21,066 nt of DNA, taken from a candidate division WOR-3 bacterium. Lineage in GTDB: Bacteria; Hydrothermota; Tepidihabitantia; Tepidihabitantales; DTDR01. The notes beneath the pieces were generated by a model. It worked only from the letters and a program-made list of their open reading frames with translations, searched no databases and had not been told where the DNA came from. The position numbers and the translations under genes were made by a program. Of the stretch, positions 17,351 through 21,066 are shown one piece after another. Position 1 is the first letter of the stretch, and every line of letters begins with the position of its first letter. The stretch covers positions 1-21,066 of the forward strand of contig JBDRVN010000029.1 in NCBI GenBank assembly GCA_039801885.1. Direction: 5' to 3'.

Positions 17351-17847
17351 AAGAAATCTTTCAATTAGCAATCAATTTGGAAAAAGAAGCACTCTCTTCA
17401 TATCTTCGTTTTGGACACCAGATAGAAGACTTAAAAGGGAAAAACCTTTTTATCCGTTTAGCAATGGATGAATTTGAACACATTGAGATCTTAGAAAGAG
17501 AATTAGAATATTTTGAAAAAGAAAAAAAATTTAAAGATGTAGAAATCCCTTTAACGGAGATTGAAAAAACGGTTATCAATTTAAAACCCTTATTACCCAA
17601 AGAGAAAAAGGTATCGGATTTGAATGAATTAAATATCTTACAAATGGCTTTATCCTTAGAAAGTAAAAGTATTGATTTCTATCAAACACAAGAGAAAGAG
17701 AGCAGCGACGAGATTGCTAAAAAAATTTGGCAAAGATTAAAAGAGATTGAAGAAGGTCATTATAAGTTAATTCAGGCAGAAATCGATTCTCTAACAAAAA
17801 CTGGTTTTTGGTTTGATTTTCGTGAATTTACTTTAGAAGAATATTAA
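17347..17847 (+). CDS. Ferritin-like (rubrerythrin di-iron domain) protein 2
   Basis: AINLE…DEFEH / ALSLE…FY…EEGH; aromatic tail GFWFDFREFTLE. Confidence 0.88.
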   Translation: MKEIFQLAINLEKEALSSYLRFGHQIEDLKGKNLFIRLAMDEFEHIEILERELEYFEKEKKFKDVEIPLTEIEKTVINLKPLLPKEKKVSDLNELNILQMALSLESKSIDFYQTQEKESSDEIAKKIWQRLKEIEEGHYKLIQAEIDSLTKTGFWFDFREFTLEEY

Positions 17848-17874
17848 ACTACTTTTAATAGTAAAGGAGGAATT

Positions 17875-18366
17875 ATGGGAGAAACATTAACTCCCTTAGA
17901 AATATTACAAAAGGCAATAAAATCGGAAATTGAGGCTTATCAATTTTATAATAAATTGGAAAAAGTGGCAGAGAATAAAGTTTTAGAGAAGAAATTAAAC
18001 TTCTTAAAAAAAGAAGAGAAAAAGCATGAGAGATTATTACGAAATATCTTTAAAAATCAATTTCCCAAAGAAAAAATCAAATTACCAGAAAAAGGTTTTA
18101 CTCCTTTACCGGCAATTGATATGATTGAAAAATTATCTTTAGAATCTCTTTTAGAAGCAGCAATGGAAGCGGAAGAGGCTTCCGAAAAATTCTATCGGGA
18201 AAATTCAATATTAATTAACGATGAAAATAGCAAAAGATTATTGATTTATCTTTCTTCCATGGAAAAGTCTCATTATCAAATTTTAAAGACCGAATATGAT
18301 TTATTAACCAGTTTCACTTCTTATGAGGCATATAAAAAATTCTCCTTAGAACATTTAGGACCATGA
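17875..18366 (+). CDS. Ferritin-like (rubrerythrin di-iron domain) protein 3
   Basis: AIKSE…FY…EEKKH / AMEAE…FY…MEKSH; tail HLGP; AAGGAGG SD. Confidence 0.88.
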   Translation: MGETLTPLEILQKAIKSEIEAYQFYNKLEKVAENKVLEKKLNFLKKEEKKHERLLRNIFKNQFPKEKIKLPEKGFTPLPAIDMIEKLSLESLLEAAMEAEEASEKFYRENSILINDENSKRLLIYLSSMEKSHYQILKTEYDLLTSFTSYEAYKKFSLEHLGP

Positions 18367-19526
18367 AAAGAATATATCTGGACCACCAAGCAACCACTCC
18401 TATCCATCCAGAAGTTTTATCCTTAATGGAAAATCTACAAAAAGAAGTATTTGGTAATCCTCAAAGTTCCCATTCTTTTGGTTTTGAAGCAAAAAAATTA
18501 TTAGAAGAAGCAAGAGAAAAAATTGCTTCCCTTTTGAATGTTTCGCCTACCGAAATCTATTTCACTTCCTCCGGTACTGAAAGTAATAATTGGGCAATTA
18601 AAGGAATTGCCTTTGCCAATCAAGATAAAGGCAACCATATTATCGTTTCAGCAATTGAACATTCCTCAATAATTCAACCAGCAAAAAGGTTAGAGAAAAT
18701 GGGATTTGAAATCACCTATTTACTGGTTGATAAATACGGCACTATTGATTTGGATGAGTTAAAAAAGAAGATAAAAAAAGGAACAATTCTTATTTCTATA
18801 ATGCATGCCAATTATGAGGTAGGCACAATTGAGCCAATAAAAGAAATCGCTGAAATAGCCAAAGAGAATAAGATTATCTTCCACTCTGATGGTGTGGCGG
18901 CGGCTGGTCAATTAAAAATTGATTTAAAGGAATTAGGCGTTGACCTTTATACTATTTCTTCCCATACTTTTTATGGTCCAAAAGGTGTTGCCTTATTATA
19001 TATCAAAAAGGGGACAAAAATCCAACCATTGATTGAAGGTGGAATCCAAGAAAATAATCGACGAGCAGGAACAGAAAATTTAATTGGTATTATTGGTATG
19101 GCAAAGGCTTATGAAATTGCTCAAAAAGAAAGGGAAGAAAGAAAAAATACATTAGAAAGATTAAGAAATATATTGATAGAAGAATTACCTAAAAAGATTG
19201 AAAATGTTTATTTAACCGGTCATCCACAAAATCGTTTGCCTAACCATGCCAGTTTTTGTGTGTATTATGTGGAAGGTGAAGCAATGGTTTTATATTTAAA
19301 TCAATATGGAATCGCCTGCGCCTCTGGTTCAGCCTGTTCTTCTAAACAGTTAAAAGCGTCTCATGTTCTTTGGGCAATGGGCATACCTCCGGTTTTAGCC
19401 CAAGGCTCTATTGTTTTCACCTTAGGAATTGATAATAAAGAAGAAGATATCAACTATCTTTTAGAAGTATTTCCATCGATCGTAAAAAAACTAAGAGAAA
19501 TTTCACCATTGTATAAAACTTCTTGA
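18363..19526 (+). CDS. iscS: Group I cysteine desulfurase (IscS/NifS) homologue, non-canonical active site
   Basis: IYLDHQATT, GNPQS, FTSSGTESNN, IEHSS, RAGTEN, SGSACSS; but SSHTFYGPKG instead of SxHKxxGPKG. Confidence 0.85.
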   Translation: MKRIYLDHQATTPIHPEVLSLMENLQKEVFGNPQSSHSFGFEAKKLLEEAREKIASLLNVSPTEIYFTSSGTESNNWAIKGIAFANQDKGNHIIVSAIEHSSIIQPAKRLEKMGFEITYLLVDKYGTIDLDELKKKIKKGTILISIMHANYEVGTIEPIKEIAEIAKENKIIFHSDGVAAAGQLKIDLKELGVDLYTISSHTFYGPKGVALLYIKKGTKIQPLIEGGIQENNRRAGTENLIGIIGMAKAYEIAQKEREERKNTLERLRNILIEELPKKIENVYLTGHPQNRLPNHASFCVYYVEGEAMVLYLNQYGIACASGSACSSKQLKASHVLWAMGIPPVLAQGSIVFTLGIDNKEEDINYLLEVFPSIVKKLREISPLYKTS

Positions 19527-19551
19527 TTTAAAAATTATTCTTAATTATAAT
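19523..19551 (+). promoter_or_regulatory. Sigma70-type promoter (probably leaderless) for the selenoprotein operon
   Basis: TTGATT-17 nt-TATAAT, then 7 nt to ATG 19559; no SD; -35 overlaps the iscS stop codon. Confidence 0.65.
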
Positions 19552-19558
19552 AACCTTT

Positions 19559-20287
19559 ATGGATAGATTATTTTTCTTACTCAGTGCCTTAAATTTTGTT
19601 TTTTTAATTTCTTGTTCCGAAGCACCAAAAATTGAATTTAAAAAAGGAAATAAGAAAGTCTTGGTTGAAATCTTTACTCAAGCAGGTTGACCTTTTTGTA
19701 TGGCTGCGGAGCAGTCTTTATTAAATTTAAAAGAAGAATATCAAGATAGTTTATCAATAATTGCTTATCATTTAGGTGACGAATTCCAAAACGAAATATG
19801 TGAAAACCGTTATAATTTATACCAAATAAATCGAATACCAACCGCAGTCTTTAATGGAAGATATAAGGTCTTCTTAGAAGAAGTGTCAAATATTGACTCA
19901 ATCTATAACTACTATATTTTAAATACCCTTTCGGAAAGCACTTATTATAACATTCTTTTAAATCAATTAAATAACAGCACCATAAATCTTAAAGTTATTT
20001 CTAATAGCGAAAATCCAACTCTCCAAGAATATCGGTTATTTGTCTTTCTTACCGAAGATAGTGTGTTTTCGGAAATAGCTCCCTTTTTTGAAAACAATTG
20101 GGTTTTTAAAGAAAATCTTTTCCCCTTAGAAGGTATTAATTTTAATGCCACGATTTTTGATACCTTTGATACTACTTTTAATATTTCTTTAAATCAAAGA
20201 AATCTAAATGTTGTTGCCTTTATCCAAAATGTTAATAACTTAGAAATCATTCAAGGTAAAAGTCTAAAATTGGGAGGTGAAAGATGA
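19559..20287 (+). CDS. Probable selenocysteine-containing thioredoxin-fold (Omp28-like) lipoprotein, 242 aa, U44-P-F-C47
   Basis: MDRLFFLLSALNFVFLISC (lipobox) SEAPKIEFKKGNKKVLVEIFTQAG[TGA 19688-19690]PFC, in frame with the track ORF 19700..20287; IIAYHL, IPTAVFNG (cis-Pro), FLTED and NVVAFIQN motifs match my recollection of Omp28-related proteins. Confidence 0.85.
19691..19725 (+). promoter_or_regulatory. Candidate bacterial SECIS element
   Basis: GGCTGC-GGA-GCAGTC hairpin (19702-19716) starting 11 nt after the TGA; G-initiated apical loop 17 nt from the TGA; weak AU-rich lower stem. Confidence 0.7.
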
Positions 20288-20805
20288 AATTAAGGAATTT
20301 AATTTTTATCTTAATTTTATTTTTCTTTATTTATGCCCAAGAAAAAGCGGATACTTTAAAATCTTATAAGAAAGCACCTAGTTTTTCTCTATATAATATT
20401 AATAAAGAAAAAACCTATATTGATTCCCTTTTAGGAAAAGGACCAATTTTTATTAGTTTCTGGGCATTGTGGTGTAAACTTTGTATCCAAGAACTTGATG
20501 CCTTTAAAAAGATTTATGACCAATACGAAACATTAGGGCTTAAAGTATTAGCTATATCTGAAGATGGACCAAGGGCAATAAATAATGTGAAATCCTTTGT
20601 GAAAGGGAAGAAATGGAAATACGAAATCTTATTGGACCCTGATGGAAAAGTGAGAGAACTTTTTGGTGTTGGTTCAACGATGCCCACAAGTTTTATTCTT
20701 GACAAAAAGGGAAACATCCGTTTAGTTTCTCGGGGTTATAAAAAGGGCGATGAAAAGAAATTTATAAGAGTTATCGAAGAAATAATAAATGAAGAGAAAA
20801 AGTAA
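20284..20805 (+). CDS. TlpA/ResA-family exported thiol-disulfide reductase
   Basis: Signal peptide (…IYA-Q), APSFSL, FWALWCKLCIQE, AISED, MPTSFILDKKG; GGAGG SD, ATGA overlap. Confidence 0.92.
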   Translation: MKLRNLIFILILFFFIYAQEKADTLKSYKKAPSFSLYNINKEKTYIDSLLGKGPIFISFWALWCKLCIQELDAFKKIYDQYETLGLKVLAISEDGPRAINNVKSFVKGKKWKYEILLDPDGKVRELFGVGSTMPTSFILDKKGNIRLVSRGYKKGDEKKFIRVIEEIINEEKK

Positions 20806-21066
20806 ATTTTTCTTATTTTTCTTTTTTTTCTTTTATCTCTATTCTCAAGAAGAACTCCCCACGGAAAATAAATTAAATATCTCCGGTGAAATTAAAGGAG
20901 AGTATTGGTTTTGGACAAAGAAAGATACCAATTTCAAATTTTCTGACCATTTTGAAGGCAAAACTAGGGTTTTAGTCAACTATGAAAATATTTACTTACG
21001 AGCAGGTATTTTCCTTTATCAACCAAGTTTACCTAAAAAGAGTTTAAAAGAATATTATTACAATTT
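20789..21066 (+). CDS. Exported, probably outer-membrane beta-rich protein, 5' part (possibly DUF6029-like; runs off window edge)
   Basis: Open frame from ATG 20789: MKRKSKFFLFFFFFFYLYS-QEELPTENKLNISGEIKGEYWFW…VNYENIYLRAGIFLYQP; amphipathic beta-strand pattern; overlaps tlpA by 17 nt. Family guess rests on recalled gene context. Confidence 0.65.
   Translation, partial: MKRKSKFFLFFFFFFYLYSQEELPTENKLNISGEIKGEYWFWTKKDTNFKFSDHFEGKTRVLVNYENIYLRAGIFLYQPSLPKKSLKEYYYN

Noticed and set aside
16871-18366. Encapsulin cargo system
   Set aside because: No encapsulin shell gene and no LxVGSL-type targeting peptide at the termini.
19688-19690. Genome-wide UGA reassignment (code 4/25) as the explanation for the in-frame TGA
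   Set aside because: def, ferritins 1 and 3, iscS and the selenoprotein gene itself end in TGA at expected lengths (mostly ATGA overlaps), Trp is TGG throughout, and no other gene is interrupted.
19700-20287. Track start at 19700 for a 195-aa hypothetical protein
   Set aside because: It discards the signal peptide, lipobox and redox motif, and the promoter points to 19559.
8063-20717. Short antisense or alternative-frame ORFs inside well-supported genes
   Set aside because: Fully nested in genes with clear family motifs and lacking independent signals.
1-21066. CRISPR array, tRNA (including tRNA-Sec), rRNA, IS elements
   Set aside because: No regularly spaced direct repeats, cloverleaf-compatible segments or transposase ORFs were found by eye in the intergenic regions.

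Overview
Low-GC chromosomal window from a diderm bacterium (BamD, lipoproteins, FlgD/T9SS-like C-terminal domains). An FCB-related lineage such as candidate division WOR-3 is my inference, not established. Left: a minus-strand operon (lipoprotein, CapA-family metallophosphoesterase, truncated hutH). A 1.25 kb intergenic region follows, with divergent sigma70-like promoters and a ~200 nt structured leader. Next is a GC-richer pair (882-aa repeat fibre protein plus small CTD-bearing protein) and a 701-aa secreted multidomain protein. A long housekeeping operon (divIVA-punA-bamD-nadD-yajC-def-fmt-PASTA-rpe-ffh) runs into three tandem ferritin-like genes and an IscS homologue lacking the PLP lysine. 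The strongest hidden feature is a gene the ORF track truncates. It starts at 19559 and encodes a lipoprotein with an in-frame TGA at the first position of a thioredoxin-type UxxC motif, followed by a SECIS-like hairpin. This is a probable exported Omp28/thioredoxin-like selenoprotein, coupled to a TlpA reductase and a probable outer-membrane protein. All calls come from manual reading; no searches were run.
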